Position numbers and translations under genes: made by a program | Shown here: positions 1-9,620 of the stretch, one piece after another | Numbering within the stretch: the first letter of the stretch is position 1 | How the letters are laid out: every line of letters starts with the position of its first letter | Source: Nitrospirota bacterium | Lineage (GTDB): Bacteria > Nitrospirota > UBA9217 | Assembly (NCBI GenBank): GCA_963663225.1 | Contig: OY760142.1 | Coordinates: forward strand, 3,008,001 to 3,072,000 | Direction of reading: 5' to 3' | DNA: 64,000 nucleotides | Notes under the pieces: generated by a model | The model's input: the letters and a program-made list of their open reading frames with translations, nothing else | Database searches by the model: none | Told to the model about the DNA's origin: nothing

Positions 1-442
1 CCGCAAGTTCTTTTTCCTGATATGATGCAAGCTGAAGCGTATATTTGATTCTTACGGATGAAGACGACGGTTGAACTGCTTCTTTTTTAACCTGGACCTG
101 GGAGGGCTTGTTCGTCGCCTGATTCTGTTGTTTTGCCGTTGGTTCGACAACTGGTTGTTTTTTTTCAGTTTTAGTTTCGTCGTGTGCAGGGGCAGGCTTT
201 AGATTAATTGAAACGGTTTTGTCATTTTTGTCGGTCAACGTTTTATAAAAGGTGAATTCTTCCTTTGCGGGTAGATTTTTTGAAACGATGTCCGGGAGAG
301 GCGGAAGAATTTCATTTTGTGCACCGGTTTTACTCTGGTATTTGCCGACATAATATCCCAGAAAAAAGAAGCCAGCCATTAATGCCACAATAATCGGCAG
401 CATAAAAAGCTTGAATATGATTCCCCCTCGTTCATTACCCAT
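1..442 (-). CDS. SPOR-domain (FtsN/DedD-like) membrane-anchored protein, 3' end cut by the window edge
   Basis: Manual translation from ATG at 442: MGNERGGIIFKLFMLPIIVALMAGFFFLGYYVGKY (TM anchor), a low-complexity linker, then YTLQLASYQEKELA, the typical SPOR first strand and helix. Open frame to the edge. Confidence 0.75.
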   Translation of the reverse strand, partial: MGNERGGIIFKLFMLPIIVALMAGFFFLGYYVGKYQSKTGAQNEILPPLPDIVSKNLPAKEEFTFYKTLTDKNDKTVSINLKPAPAHDETKTEKKQPVVEPTAKQQNQATNKPSQVQVKKEAVQPSSSSVRIKYTLQLASYQEKELA

Positions 443-476
443 TACAATTTTCCTTTCATAAGACGGTATGGCTTCA

Positions 477-1520
477 TCAGAAAATAAACATCGCATCGCC
501 ATAGCTGTAAAAACGATATTGTTCTTTCACAGCGGTCCTGTATGCGGAGAGAATCTTCTCCCTGCCGGCAAACGCTGAAACAAGCATAAGAAGCGTTGAT
601 TTCGGCAAATGAAAGTTGGTAATTAACCCATTGATTATTTGAAAACGATAACCTGGATAAATAAAAAGCACTGATTGCCCCTCTCCATGACAGACCATTC
701 CATTTTCCAAGGCGGCAGTTTCCAGGGTCCGGACACAGGTAGTGCCTACCGCAATCACGCGTCTTCCTTCCCGACGCGCATTGTTTATGCGATCCGCAGC
801 ATTCTCTGAAATAGTATAATATTCGGGAAGCATCTGGTGCTTCGATATTTCTTCAACCCGAACTGGTTGAAACGTACCGGGGCCGACATGAAGGGTAATG
901 GTAATAATCTCAACGCCGCGCAGACTGAGTTGACTGAGCAGTTCCTGAGTAAAATGCAACCCCGCAGTGGGGGCCGCCACAGCACCCTCTTGAGAAGCAT
1001 AGACAGTCTGATAGCGGTCACGGTCTTCTTCAGTTGGATTGCGCTTTATATAGGGAGGCAGAGGAACTTTGCCGATAGCGTGCAGTTTTTCATTGATATT
1101 ATCAACACCGGAAAAGCGAACAACCCACGTATCATCAGTTCCCTTTTCTACAACGTCTGCTTCTATTCCTGCGTCAAGGTGCAGTCTTCTTCCAATCCTT
1201 ACTCCGCCTTTTACGAGTGCGCTCCAAAGATTCCGTTCCTGCTCAGCAATCAGAAAGATTTCAGCCTTGCCGCCGCCTGTTTTTTTTGCCGGTAATCTGC
1301 ACGGGAACACCTTTGTATCGTTCAATACCAGTACATCGCCCGGAGCAAGATGATCTTTAATATCCGAGAAGAACGTATGTCTTATTTCATCCGTCTTGTG
1401 ATTAAAGAGCATAAGACGGGAACGATCACGGCATAAAGAAGGTTTCTGCGCAATCAATGATTCGGGAAGGTGAAAAACAAAATCCGACAATCTCAACTGT
1501 TCTGTCATCGGTACGGTCAC
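477..1520 (-). CDS. queA: S-adenosylmethionine:tRNA ribosyltransferase-isomerase
   Basis: Motifs LPESLIAQ, LNDTKV, VPLPPYI, GAVAAPTAGLHF, TLHVGPGTF, TNFHLPKSTL, YRFYSYGDAM. Start is GTG 1520 or ATG 1508. Confidence 0.97.
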   Translation of the reverse strand: MTVPMTEQLRLSDFVFHLPESLIAQKPSLCRDRSRLMLFNHKTDEIRHTFFSDIKDHLAPGDVLVLNDTKVFPCRLPAKKTGGGKAEIFLIAEQERNLWSALVKGGVRIGRRLHLDAGIEADVVEKGTDDTWVVRFSGVDNINEKLHAIGKVPLPPYIKRNPTEEDRDRYQTVYASQEGAVAAPTAGLHFTQELLSQLSLRGVEIITITLHVGPGTFQPVRVEEISKHQMLPEYYTISENAADRINNARREGRRVIAVGTTCVRTLETAALENGMVCHGEGQSVLFIYPGYRFQIINGLITNFHLPKSTLLMLVSAFAGREKILSAYRTAVKEQYRFYSYGDAMFIF

Positions 1521-1620
1521 GGCTGGATATTACCACATCGGAGTGTTGCGATAAAGAAAAAAGAGGCCTGCGAGTGAAGAGTCCCGCAACTATCGATTCA
1601 ATGAGCAAGAAACAGAGGCA

Positions 1621-2748
1621 TCATTCGAGAGATAGTTTCCAGCCTTTTTGGAATTCATCATAGGAACGCATGGTGGCCGTGTTTATGGCAGACCCGATAT
1701 CGGCACCACGGCCAAGTTCTTCCAGCACCGTTTTCACGCGATAAAGCCCACATGCGTCAACCATATAACTGACCGCTGAAAGGCTGTATAAATAGGCAAA
1801 TTTTGCCTGATTGGTTTCCATCCCTATAAAGGACCCTTCAAGATAAAAAAGAGGGGGAAGTTTCCCCATTTGGGCGATCCTTTTCAGGAGCGCCTTCTGT
1901 TGTGCGCTAATCTCTCTTCCTTCAAAATATTGAGCTAAACCTTCGTTCAACCATGTTGGCACCCGGGTTGTAATGGTCCGTATGACTGCGTGCGTGTATT
2001 CATGATACAGAATCTTCCTGAGTCCAGGCGTTTCCTGATCTATGCCACCGATCGGAATCCGGATTTTACCGTCGAATAAGGCACCCGCCCAGCCGGGTGC
2101 ATCTGTTACTTCCTGAAACTGTTCGTTGGAGTACAGAATCACCTGGACGTCTTTATTCGGATAATAAGAAAGGCCCCTGCCCACCTCACCGTAAGCATCC
2201 TCGAGAATTCTGACGACGATTTTTCCGGCTTCAATTTTCTCCCTGCCTTCGTACTTTACCAGAAAATGGCTCGTGACATCACGGTTGAAATCCTTTTCTG
2301 TTTTATGTTCTTTCTGAATGCGTTCCAGTCTCGCGCGCAAGGCAGTAGCGGCAGGATTCAATTCGACGGCTTTTCCCCAGTATTCTATGGCTTTTTCGAA
2401 GTCGTCTTTCCGGTAATATATTTCTCCAAGAAGTGAGTATGCGTCCGAGGATTTTGGATTCAGTTCGATGACATTTTTCAACTCCCGTTCTGCGTTTTCA
2501 TCTTCCCGCAGAAAAAAGAAGGCTGTTCCAAAACCGAGATGGGCCTCAAAAGATGAATTATTTTGTCGGACCGCTTGTTCGAAGACATCCCGTGCGGTCT
2601 GATAGTCCCCTGTTTTTAGTCTGTCCTTTCCTGTTTTCAAGAGCTGCGCATATGCATTTTGATCAGGGGCCTGTGCAAAAGCCGTCATGCCCAACACGGT
2701 AAAAATCAGTGCCACAAGAAAAGTCAGCCTTCGTCTTCGGGAGCGCAT
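1621..2748 (-). CDS. Exported TPR-repeat protein with C-terminal peptidase MA-like (HExxH) domain
   Basis: Signal peptide, three TPR-like repeats, then HEYTH...WLNEGLAQYFE gluzincin-type motif. Confidence 0.8.
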   Translation of the reverse strand: MRSRRRRLTFLVALIFTVLGMTAFAQAPDQNAYAQLLKTGKDRLKTGDYQTARDVFEQAVRQNNSSFEAHLGFGTAFFFLREDENAERELKNVIELNPKSSDAYSLLGEIYYRKDDFEKAIEYWGKAVELNPAATALRARLERIQKEHKTEKDFNRDVTSHFLVKYEGREKIEAGKIVVRILEDAYGEVGRGLSYYPNKDVQVILYSNEQFQEVTDAPGWAGALFDGKIRIPIGGIDQETPGLRKILYHEYTHAVIRTITTRVPTWLNEGLAQYFEGREISAQQKALLKRIAQMGKLPPLFYLEGSFIGMETNQAKFAYLYSLSAVSYMVDACGLYRVKTVLEELGRGADIGSAINTATMRSYDEFQKGWKLSLE

Positions 2749-2751
2749 GGA

Positions 2752-2949
2752 TTATCTCCTGTTATACCAAGATATAAAGCGGTCGAATGACCGATCGAAC
2801 GTTCTTTCTATCTCCGGAGGAAAAGCGCACGCTGGAAGTCCCTGGGACTGAAGGTGGTATTGAAGGCACGCGCAACAATTCCCTTTGCGAGAGCATGGTT
2901 CGTATGTACAAGTACATTTCTTTTTGTTTTCATCCGTTTTACACTGCAT
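2752..2949 (-). CDS. Small Cys-rich protein (DUF6485-like)
   Basis: CTCTYEPCSRKGNCCACLQYH...LPAC.FP..ERTFDRS pattern, with GGAGG SD upstream. Confidence 0.75.
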   Translation of the reverse strand: MQCKTDENKKKCTCTYEPCSRKGNCCACLQYHLQSQGLPACAFPPEIERTFDRSFDRFISWYNRR

Positions 2950-2970
2950 AAAACCTCCAGGAAAAATCGG

Positions 2971-3369
2971 TTAATCTCCGACTACTTTGACGAGGATGCT
3001 GCGGTCACGGGGTCCGTCGAATTCACAAAAAAAGACGGCTTGCCATGTACCGAGAACAAGTTTGGCGTCTGCAACCATAAGCGTCATGGATGCGCCAATG
3101 ATGCTTGATTTTATGTGAGCTGCGGAGTTTCCTTCAAAATGAGCATACTTGTCATCAAAAGGAATAACTTTATTCAATTCCTTAACAATGTCATGCGGCA
3201 CATTTCTGTCGGAGTTCTCATTGATGGTGACAGCAGCTGTTGTATGAGGAACAAACAGGGAGCAGAGCCCAGAGCGAACACCGGTTTCTAAGACTACCTT
3301 TTCAACCATCTGCGTGATATCAATGAATTCAGTTCTTGAATTCGTCTTCACCCGCAACTGCACAATCAT
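2971..3369 (-). CDS. yjbQ: YjbQ/UPF0047 family protein
   Basis: HTTAAVTINEN, HFEGNSAAHIKS and LGTWQAVFFCEFDGPR motifs. Confidence 0.92.
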   Translation of the reverse strand: MIVQLRVKTNSRTEFIDITQMVEKVVLETGVRSGLCSLFVPHTTAAVTINENSDRNVPHDIVKELNKVIPFDDKYAHFEGNSAAHIKSSIIGASMTLMVADAKLVLGTWQAVFFCEFDGPRDRSILVKVVGD

Positions 3370-5036
3370 TGCTGACGCCCTCCGGCCACATATTCATCTT
3401 GTGCGTCAATTCCCATGTCCTCCCTTCCCCGAGCTCTCTTTTCTTCAGTGATCGGGTAAATGATGTGTGTAATAAGGGAATTAACGCGTCCAAGATGCCC
3501 AATAAGGTCAAGGTGAATGTGGCTTGTTTCGATTGACTCCCGAAAGCCCTTCCTGAGCCGGTCAAGATGCGCCTGGACCAGCTCCCGTCCCATATCACCC
3601 AAATCTTCCTTATTTCTGAGAACACGGTCCGCAAGATCTCGATCGTTGGTGGCAAATGCCGAAATGGCAGTGTCGAAGTTTTCCAAAATTTTGGTATGAA
3701 ACCGGATAATCTCCTCCATGCCTTCTTTCGAGAAAACAAGTCCCTTGTCAATGCGTTTAAGCGCCAGGTGCATAATATTTCTGTCGATAATATCGCCAAT
3801 AATTTCAAGATTACGAGAAATCTCCAGAACGACAACAGTCCGTCTCGACTGTGAATCGGTAAGGTTTGAAGAAGAAAGCCGTGTCAGATAAAGCCGGATA
3901 TGACGGTCGAGAATATCAACAAGATTGTCCTTATTTTTTATTCCGGTTATGAGGGATTGATCGTCGTTTTGAAAAACCTTCACTGAATCAACGAGCATCT
4001 CCCGCACGATATCCGATGCACGGAGAGCTTCGCGCGTGGCTTGTCCCAAGGCGAGTGAAGGCGTTCCGAGTACGTGATCATCCAGATAAAGAGGGCCGAA
4101 CTTTTTTTCTTCAGCATTTTCAGGAACAAGTTTTATGATAAGCTGTGCAAAAAAACCGGTAAACGGCAGAAAAATCACCGCCATGATGGCGTTGAACAAA
4201 GTGTGAACGTTCGCGATCTGGCGGGAAACATCCGGCGTAGTGGCAAGAACCATGTCCTGAAAGATGCCCAGAAAGGGAAGAAACAGCAGCATTGCGGTGA
4301 TTTTAAAAGCAACATGCACCCAGGCGACGCGACGGGCCTCTACGGGCGAGCGCAGGCTCGCAAGCAGTGCGGTTGCGCAGGTGCCTATGTTGGCGCCGAG
4401 CACAATATAGACCGCGGTATGAAACGGTATCAGACCGCTTTCTGCAAGCACCAGCGCGAGACCGATGGTGGCAGCACTGCTGTGAATCAGGGCGGTTAAC
4501 ACAACAGAAAGCGCAATAGCGAGAAACGGAGTGGCTGTGAGGACGATAAACACCTGCTGAAATAACATATTGTTATTCAGCGGTGTCATCGCATCAATCA
4601 TTATTTTGAGGGAAAGGAAAACGAAACCGAAACCGAGGATGCTTTGTCCGATGTTTTTAAAAAGAATTCTTTTGGCAAACAAAAAAAGCGTTAAACCGAT
4701 TCCGATAAAAAGCACGGCATAGTCATACACATGAAAAGCGATGAGCTGAACCGTGAGGGTGGCGCCGATATCTGCTCCGAGAATGACCGCCAGCGTTTGG
4801 CGAAACGTCATAAGACCGGCGCTCACAAAACCGATGAGCATGACTGATGTTGCACTGCTTGACTGGACGAGTCCGGTGATAAAAGCACCGCCGCCGACAG
4901 CGAGAAGTTTGCTGCTGGTAAGAGAACGAAGAAGAGAGCGGATTTTCGAACCGGCCACATACTGGAGACCGTCGTTGAGAAGCTTGATGCCGTAAAGCAG
5001 AAGAAGCAGGCCGCCAAAGAGGCTGATAAGTATCAT
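3366..5036 (-). CDS. Na+/Pi cotransporter family protein with C-terminal PhoU-like domain
   Basis: Duplicated QSSSAT/HSSAAT and GADIGAT/GANIGTC motifs, multiple TM segments, helical tail (LEIIGDII, ETSHIHLD). Confidence 0.9.
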   Translation of the reverse strand: MILISLFGGLLLLLYGIKLLNDGLQYVAGSKIRSLLRSLTSSKLLAVGGGAFITGLVQSSSATSVMLIGFVSAGLMTFRQTLAVILGADIGATLTVQLIAFHVYDYAVLFIGIGLTLFLFAKRILFKNIGQSILGFGFVFLSLKIMIDAMTPLNNNMLFQQVFIVLTATPFLAIALSVVLTALIHSSAATIGLALVLAESGLIPFHTAVYIVLGANIGTCATALLASLRSPVEARRVAWVHVAFKITAMLLFLPFLGIFQDMVLATTPDVSRQIANVHTLFNAIMAVIFLPFTGFFAQLIIKLVPENAEEKKFGPLYLDDHVLGTPSLALGQATREALRASDIVREMLVDSVKVFQNDDQSLITGIKNKDNLVDILDRHIRLYLTRLSSSNLTDSQSRRTVVVLEISRNLEIIGDIIDRNIMHLALKRIDKGLVFSKEGMEEIIRFHTKILENFDTAISAFATNDRDLADRVLRNKEDLGDMGRELVQAHLDRLRKGFRESIETSHIHLDLIGHLGRVNSLITHIIYPITEEKRARGREDMGIDAQDEYVAGGRQQ

Positions 5037-5041
5037 GCACT

Positions 5042-5070
5042 ACTATGCCTATTTTTGAGGCATTCGTCAA
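5042..5070 (-). promoter_or_regulatory. sigma70-like promoter of the Na/Pi cotransporter operon
   Basis: TTGACG-N17-CATAGT, ending 5 nt before the ATG at 5036. Confidence 0.5.
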
Positions 5071-5097
5071 CGAAAAATTTCATACGCCGACGAAGAC

Positions 5098-5131
5098 AAA
5101 AAAAAGGACCGGCTTTTCAACCGACGGCCCT
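5098..5131 (-). terminator. Intrinsic terminator after hypB
   Basis: AGGGCCG...CGGTCCT stem followed by a T-run on the minus strand. Confidence 0.6.
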
Positions 5132-5158
5132 TGCAGTGCAGCAACCAGGAAAGAAAAA

Positions 5159-5812
5159 TTACATATTCGTGACCGTTCTTTCCTGTATCCAGTGTACGAA
5201 TGCCTGTACGCCGTCTCCCGTTCTGCAGGACAATTCAAAAACTGGAGCTTTTTGATTCACTGCCCTGACCCCTTTATAGAAGCTGTCCTTATCAAAATCT
5301 ATATAAGGCATTAAATCTGATTTATTCAGGACTATAACATCCGCTACCATAAACATCGTGGTGTATTTATAAGGTTTATCATGCCCCTCGGGAACACTTG
5401 CAATCACCAGCTTAAGCGACTCTCCTAGGTCAAATGTGGAAGGACACACAAGGTTTCCGACATTCTCAATAAGCAAAATTGAGTTCCTTTTCAAATCGAG
5501 ATTTTTAACGACCGTCTTGATCATATTCGCATCAAGATGGCATCCGCCGCTTGTATTAATCTGTTGCACCGGGATTCCCAGTTTATCGATTGTTTCTGCG
5601 TCTATACTGGACGCAATGTCTCCTTCGATAACGCCAAAACCGATTTTCGATCCTAACGCCTTAATCAGCTGGAGAATAACGCTGGTTTTTCCTGAGCCGG
5701 GCGAGGCCATTACGTTAATCGCTGTAATCCCGTGTTTCTTGAAATACGTTCTGTTTTCATCAGCAAGCTTATCGTTTGCCTGCATGATGTTTTTCATGAC
5801 TTTAATTTCCAT
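5159..5812 (-). CDS. hypB: Hydrogenase nickel-incorporation GTPase HypB
   Basis: SPGSGKT, EGD, GCHLDA, ENVGNLVCP, EGHDKPYKY, NKSDL. No His-rich N-terminus. Confidence 0.96.
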   Translation of the reverse strand: MEIKVMKNIMQANDKLADENRTYFKKHGITAINVMASPGSGKTSVILQLIKALGSKIGFGVIEGDIASSIDAETIDKLGIPVQQINTSGGCHLDANMIKTVVKNLDLKRNSILLIENVGNLVCPSTFDLGESLKLVIASVPEGHDKPYKYTTMFMVADVIVLNKSDLMPYIDFDKDSFYKGVRAVNQKAPVFELSCRTGDGVQAFVHWIQERTVTNM

Positions 5813-5897
5813 AATTGATCATGCCCCTTGGAGTTCATATCTACAAATCACAGTGCCGCAGCCTGAAACAGCTAAAACTAGCGACGAACAGAACGAT

Positions 5898-6239
5898 TTA
5901 TTCAACATCAATGCTTTCAATATAAAACTCTTTTCCTACACCCGTAGGAAGGCCGAACCCTCCGCACAGCGGACAGTCAAAGCCACGCGGCGGCTTCTCG
6001 AATTCATGCCCGCAGTTCTTGCACAAAAATCTGGAGGCGATTCTTTTAAACGTGAGTTTGGCACCTTGTGTAATTGTGCCTTCACTCATGATATCGAAGT
6101 ACATCTGAACCGATTCATCAAGAATCGTGGATAAATCCCCGATCACCAGTCTGATCTCAGTCACCTTTTTCGCGCCGGCCTTATTTGCCTCCTGCAAAAC
6201 CAGTTCAATCAAACCTTGTGTAACTGCGTACTCATGCAT
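5898..6239 (-). CDS. hypA: Hydrogenase nickel metallochaperone HypA
   Basis: MHE N-terminus, CKNC...CPLC, GKEFYIESI. Confidence 0.96.
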   Translation of the reverse strand: MHEYAVTQGLIELVLQEANKAGAKKVTEIRLVIGDLSTILDESVQMYFDIMSEGTITQGAKLTFKRIASRFLCKNCGHEFEKPPRGFDCPLCGGFGLPTGVGKEFYIESIDVE

Positions 6240-6348
6240 AATAAACGATCCTTTAAAGCCTTGCCGGCAGCGTTGTTTCCGAAAAAGTCTTGCAAAGTAA
6301 CAGGACAGTAGACGGTGTGAAATTTAAAGCGTTGGTGAATAGCTCCCT

Positions 6349-6386
6349 AAAACATACAGGCGAGGATAAATGTCCTCGCCTGTATG
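6349..6386 (-). terminator. Intrinsic terminator after echF
   Basis: Perfect 14-bp inverted repeat CATACAGGCGAGGA/TCCTCGCCTGTATG followed by TTTT on the minus strand. Confidence 0.8.
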
Positions 6387-6413
6387 CAAGTTGGAACAGT
6401 ATTGCCGGAACAG

Positions 6414-6782
6414 CTATTCTGCAGGTTTTGCAGGTGCCGCCGGTTTGGGAGGACCGATGCGTTTTACTTTCTCCCGGGTAAAGACTCCCGGCAAGTGAGC
6501 TTCATCCATCTTCAAGCAATCTTTCGGACAAACCTCAACGCACACATTACAGACAATGCATTTCAGACGGTTGAGCTCCCATGAACGCTCCACCTTATTG
6601 ACCGTAATCGCATTTGCAGGACATCTTTTTTCGCATATACTGCAGAAAATGCAGGTATTGATATTGATCTCGCCGAGCGCTCCCCGTGTATCTTTCATGG
6701 GGGGCCTTTTTTCATACGGATACATCCTTGTCGCCGGCTTTGAGGCAACATTTTTTAATACGTTTCCCAAGAAATCAAACAT
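6414..6782 (-). CDS. echF: Ech hydrogenase 2x[4Fe-4S] subunit
   Basis: PATRMYP, CIFCSICEKRCP and CIVCNVCVEVCP; last gene of the operon. Confidence 0.92.
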   Translation of the reverse strand: MFDFLGNVLKNVASKPATRMYPYEKRPPMKDTRGALGEININTCIFCSICEKRCPANAITVNKVERSWELNRLKCIVCNVCVEVCPKDCLKMDEAHLPGVFTREKVKRIGPPKPAAPAKPAE

Positions 6783-6791
6783 GTTATTCTC

Positions 6792-7871
6792 CTACCTTTC
6801 CGTGCAGCTTATGCAAGGATCAATCGTTAATAGCAGCACCGGGACATCTGCGAGATAACTGCCAGGAATCATTTTTAAAAGCGTCGGGATGTTAGCGAAT
6901 GTCGGAGTTCTTACCCGCAGCCTGTCAAGATTCTTCGTGCCGTTGCCTTTAATGTAGTAGAGAACTTCTCCACGGGGCTGTTCGACGCGGGATATGACCT
7001 CTCCCGTCGGATTTCCCTTCACCGGAACCGCAAAGTCACCTGAAGGGATTTTTTGAATGGCAACCTTGATGAGGCGGATGCACTCAAAGACTTCTTTAAA
7101 GCGTACGGCAGTCCTGGCCCAGCTGTCGCCGTCTTTCTCAACGACCATCTGGAAATCAAGGTCGCCGTAGGCTGCGTAGCCCAGCGTCCTGAGGTCCTGT
7201 GCAATTCCGCTTGCGCGGCCCATCGGACCAACTGCGCCGAAGGCGTATGCCTCTGCGGTAGTTAAAGTTCCTACACCGCACAGTCTGTGCTTGACAGTGT
7301 AATCGTTCAGGAAGGCGCCTTCCATGACTTTCATGTCGGCATACACATCGTCAACGACCTTGACGATTTTAGCCATCTGCTCGGCCGTCAAGTCTCTCCG
7401 CGTTCCGCCGACGGTATTAATGGAGATAACGACACGCGCTCCGGCAGTCTCCTCCATGATATCCATGACCTTCTCGCGGTCGCGCCAGCACTGCATGAAC
7501 AGGCTTTCAAAACCAAACGCATCAGCAAGAAGACCAAGCCATAAAAGGTGGCTGTGGATGCGATGAAGCTCCGCCCAGATGACTCTGAGATACTTCGCCC
7601 GTTTGGGAATTTCGACATTCATCAGGGTTTCTATGCCCTGAACATAGGCCTGTGCATGCATGACGCTGCAAATACCGCAGATTCTTTCAACGAGAAACGT
7701 GTTCTGTGTAAAATCCTTTACTTCTGCAAGTTTTTCCAGTCCGCGGTGAACGTATCCGAGGGCCGGAATTGCCTCTACCACCTTTTCGTCCTCCATCACA
7801 AGCTTGAGATGAAGGGGTTCCGGCAAAACTGGATGCTGCGGTCCGAATGGTATAGTAGTTTTGTTGTTCAT
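6792..7871 (-). CDS. echE: Ech hydrogenase [NiFe] large subunit
   Basis: PFGPQHP, L1 motif ERICGICS, L2 motif DPCISCTER at the very C-terminus (no cleavable tail). Start set at ATG 7871. Confidence 0.95.
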   Translation of the reverse strand: MNNKTTIPFGPQHPVLPEPLHLKLVMEDEKVVEAIPALGYVHRGLEKLAEVKDFTQNTFLVERICGICSVMHAQAYVQGIETLMNVEIPKRAKYLRVIWAELHRIHSHLLWLGLLADAFGFESLFMQCWRDREKVMDIMEETAGARVVISINTVGGTRRDLTAEQMAKIVKVVDDVYADMKVMEGAFLNDYTVKHRLCGVGTLTTAEAYAFGAVGPMGRASGIAQDLRTLGYAAYGDLDFQMVVEKDGDSWARTAVRFKEVFECIRLIKVAIQKIPSGDFAVPVKGNPTGEVISRVEQPRGEVLYYIKGNGTKNLDRLRVRTPTFANIPTLLKMIPGSYLADVPVLLLTIDPCISCTER

Positions 7872-7872
7872 T

Positions 7873-8244
7873 TTATTTTTCACCCTTCTGTACAATGGAG
7901 ATCTTGGACTGAGGATTCTTCAGTTCCTCCGGCGTCAGAAGAAAATGTCCGCCGTAATCAATGGCCATACCGGTAACGTTCAGGCCAAATAATTCTTTCA
8001 TTTCATTTTCGATAAGCACCGCACACAAATATACCGATGAGATGCTGGGGATATCCTCTCCCCGTTGTGCCTTGATGCGGAGATTCTTGAGTTGCGTATC
8101 CTTGTCAAAATGATACAGTACGTCGAGATTCCCCTCTCCCAGGTCGACACAGGTCGCCGTTACAAGCCGATAATTCTGGCTGAGCATTTTTTGTGTCTCG
8201 CTGAGAAGCTGGGCTTTGGAAATTTCCGTTACATTGTCTATCAT
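7873..8244 (-). CDS. echD: Ech hydrogenase subunit D (NuoC-like)
   Basis: PSISSVY..A.LIENEMKELFGL motif; position between echC and echE. Confidence 0.9.
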   Translation of the reverse strand: MIDNVTEISKAQLLSETQKMLSQNYRLVTATCVDLGEGNLDVLYHFDKDTQLKNLRIKAQRGEDIPSISSVYLCAVLIENEMKELFGLNVTGMAIDYGGHFLLTPEELKNPQSKISIVQKGEK

Positions 8245-8279
8245 ACCGCCTCCTTAAATTACGCGCTGGCCTTTGCTTC

Positions 8280-8750
8280 TCAAGCGATAGCTGCTTTGCG
8301 TTCTTTAATTTTTTTCTTCATTTGCTGAGCTTTTTCTTCCATTTTTCCCAGTGCTGCAACCACTCCGTCGATAAGAGCTTCCGGTCTCGGAGGGCAGCCC
8401 GGAACATAAGCATCAACCGGCACGACCTTATCTACGCCGCCTACCACATTATAACATTCTGCAAAAATACCGCCCGTACCGCCGCAAGCGCCGATGGCAA
8501 CAACAGCCTTCGGCTCCGGCATCTGATCATACAGGTTTTTTATGATTCTCGCAGTTCTATTGTTTACCGATCCCGTCACCAGCATCACGTCTGCATGCTT
8601 GGGATTTCCTACGTTCACAATTCCAAAACGCTCCAGGTCGTATACAGGAGTCAAAGCGGCTACCACCTCAATGTCGCATCCGTTGCACGCGGTGCAATTG
8701 ACATGTATGACCCAGGGAGATTTAATTCTTGATTTGCTTATAATTCCCAT
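8280..8750 (-). CDS. echC: Ech hydrogenase small subunit (NuoB-like)
   Basis: KSPW..HVNCTACNGCDIE, IGACG, VPGCPPRPEA. Confidence 0.95.
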   Translation of the reverse strand: MGIISKSRIKSPWVIHVNCTACNGCDIEVVAALTPVYDLERFGIVNVGNPKHADVMLVTGSVNNRTARIIKNLYDQMPEPKAVVAIGACGGTGGIFAECYNVVGGVDKVVPVDAYVPGCPPRPEALIDGVVAALGKMEEKAQQMKKKIKERKAAIA

Positions 8751-8765
8751 TTTTCGTCACCGTCC

Positions 8766-9620
8766 TTATGCTTTCAGATAGAGCCAAATGATATTAACTC
8801 CGGCAGACCCGATGCCCACCAAATAGGTTGCCTTCACCATCCACTGCCATGTCATGCGGGCGCAGATATTGTCGATGATAAGCTCGATGAAATACGCACC
8901 CAGCGCGATCAGGATTCCCACCCACAGCGGATTTGCGAAAAACAATGCAATGATACCCAGCAGAATGACCAGATCATACCAGTGTGTCAACTCGATGAGG
9001 GCCAGCTGGGGTCCTGAAAATTCGGTGGTCAGTCCCTTGATCAATTCCTGATGTCCGTGATGCGAAGTCGAAAAATCGAACGGAGACTTGCGCAACTTGA
9101 TGGTCAGGACATACAGGAAGGCGAAAAATACCAGCGGCAGGCTGAACAACAATGGCGTATTGAGCGTGAATACACTCTCAATCATGAAGCTCTTCGTGAT
9201 CATATAGATGCCGATGACCATAAGAAGAAGAACCGGTTCATATGCCAGCATCTGTATGATCTCTCTCTGGGCGCCGACTTTGCTATAAGGCGAGCGTACG
9301 CTCATGGCGCCGATAATAAGTGACACAGTGGAAAAAGCGAGCACGAAAATCAGCACCAGCAGATCCTGTTTCAGCACCAGCAGTACGAGGCTGGCAATGG
9401 CAAACAGGAGATGCGCCCATACGTAAACAATCTGTGTCTGGTTTACCGCAATGTTCTCCTTGCCCAACAGTTTGAAAAAGTCATAAAACGGCTGCAGGAT
9501 CGGTGGTCCGAACCGGTTTTGGAACCGGGCAGTCAATCTCCGGTCGATACCGGACAGCAAACCACCAATAATCGGTGCAGCAACGATAGCTATAACGGCA
9601 ATAAGTATATTGTTTGTCAT
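8766..9620 (-). CDS. echB: Ech hydrogenase membrane subunit B (NuoH-like)
   Basis: DRRLTARFQNRFGPPILQPFYD, KSPFDFSTSHHGHQELIKG. Confidence 0.94.
   Translation of the reverse strand: MTNNILIAVIAIVAAPIIGGLLSGIDRRLTARFQNRFGPPILQPFYDFFKLLGKENIAVNQTQIVYVWAHLLFAIASLVLLVLKQDLLVLIFVLAFSTVSLIIGAMSVRSPYSKVGAQREIIQMLAYEPVLLLMVIGIYMITKSFMIESVFTLNTPLLFSLPLVFFAFLYVLTIKLRKSPFDFSTSHHGHQELIKGLTTEFSGPQLALIELTHWYDLVILLGIIALFFANPLWVGILIALGAYFIELIIDNICARMTWQWMVKATYLVGIGSAGVNIIWLYLKA

Noticed and set aside
1521-1620. preQ1 riboswitch upstream of queA
   Set aside because: No preQ1 stem with an A-rich tail; only a weak terminator-like hairpin.
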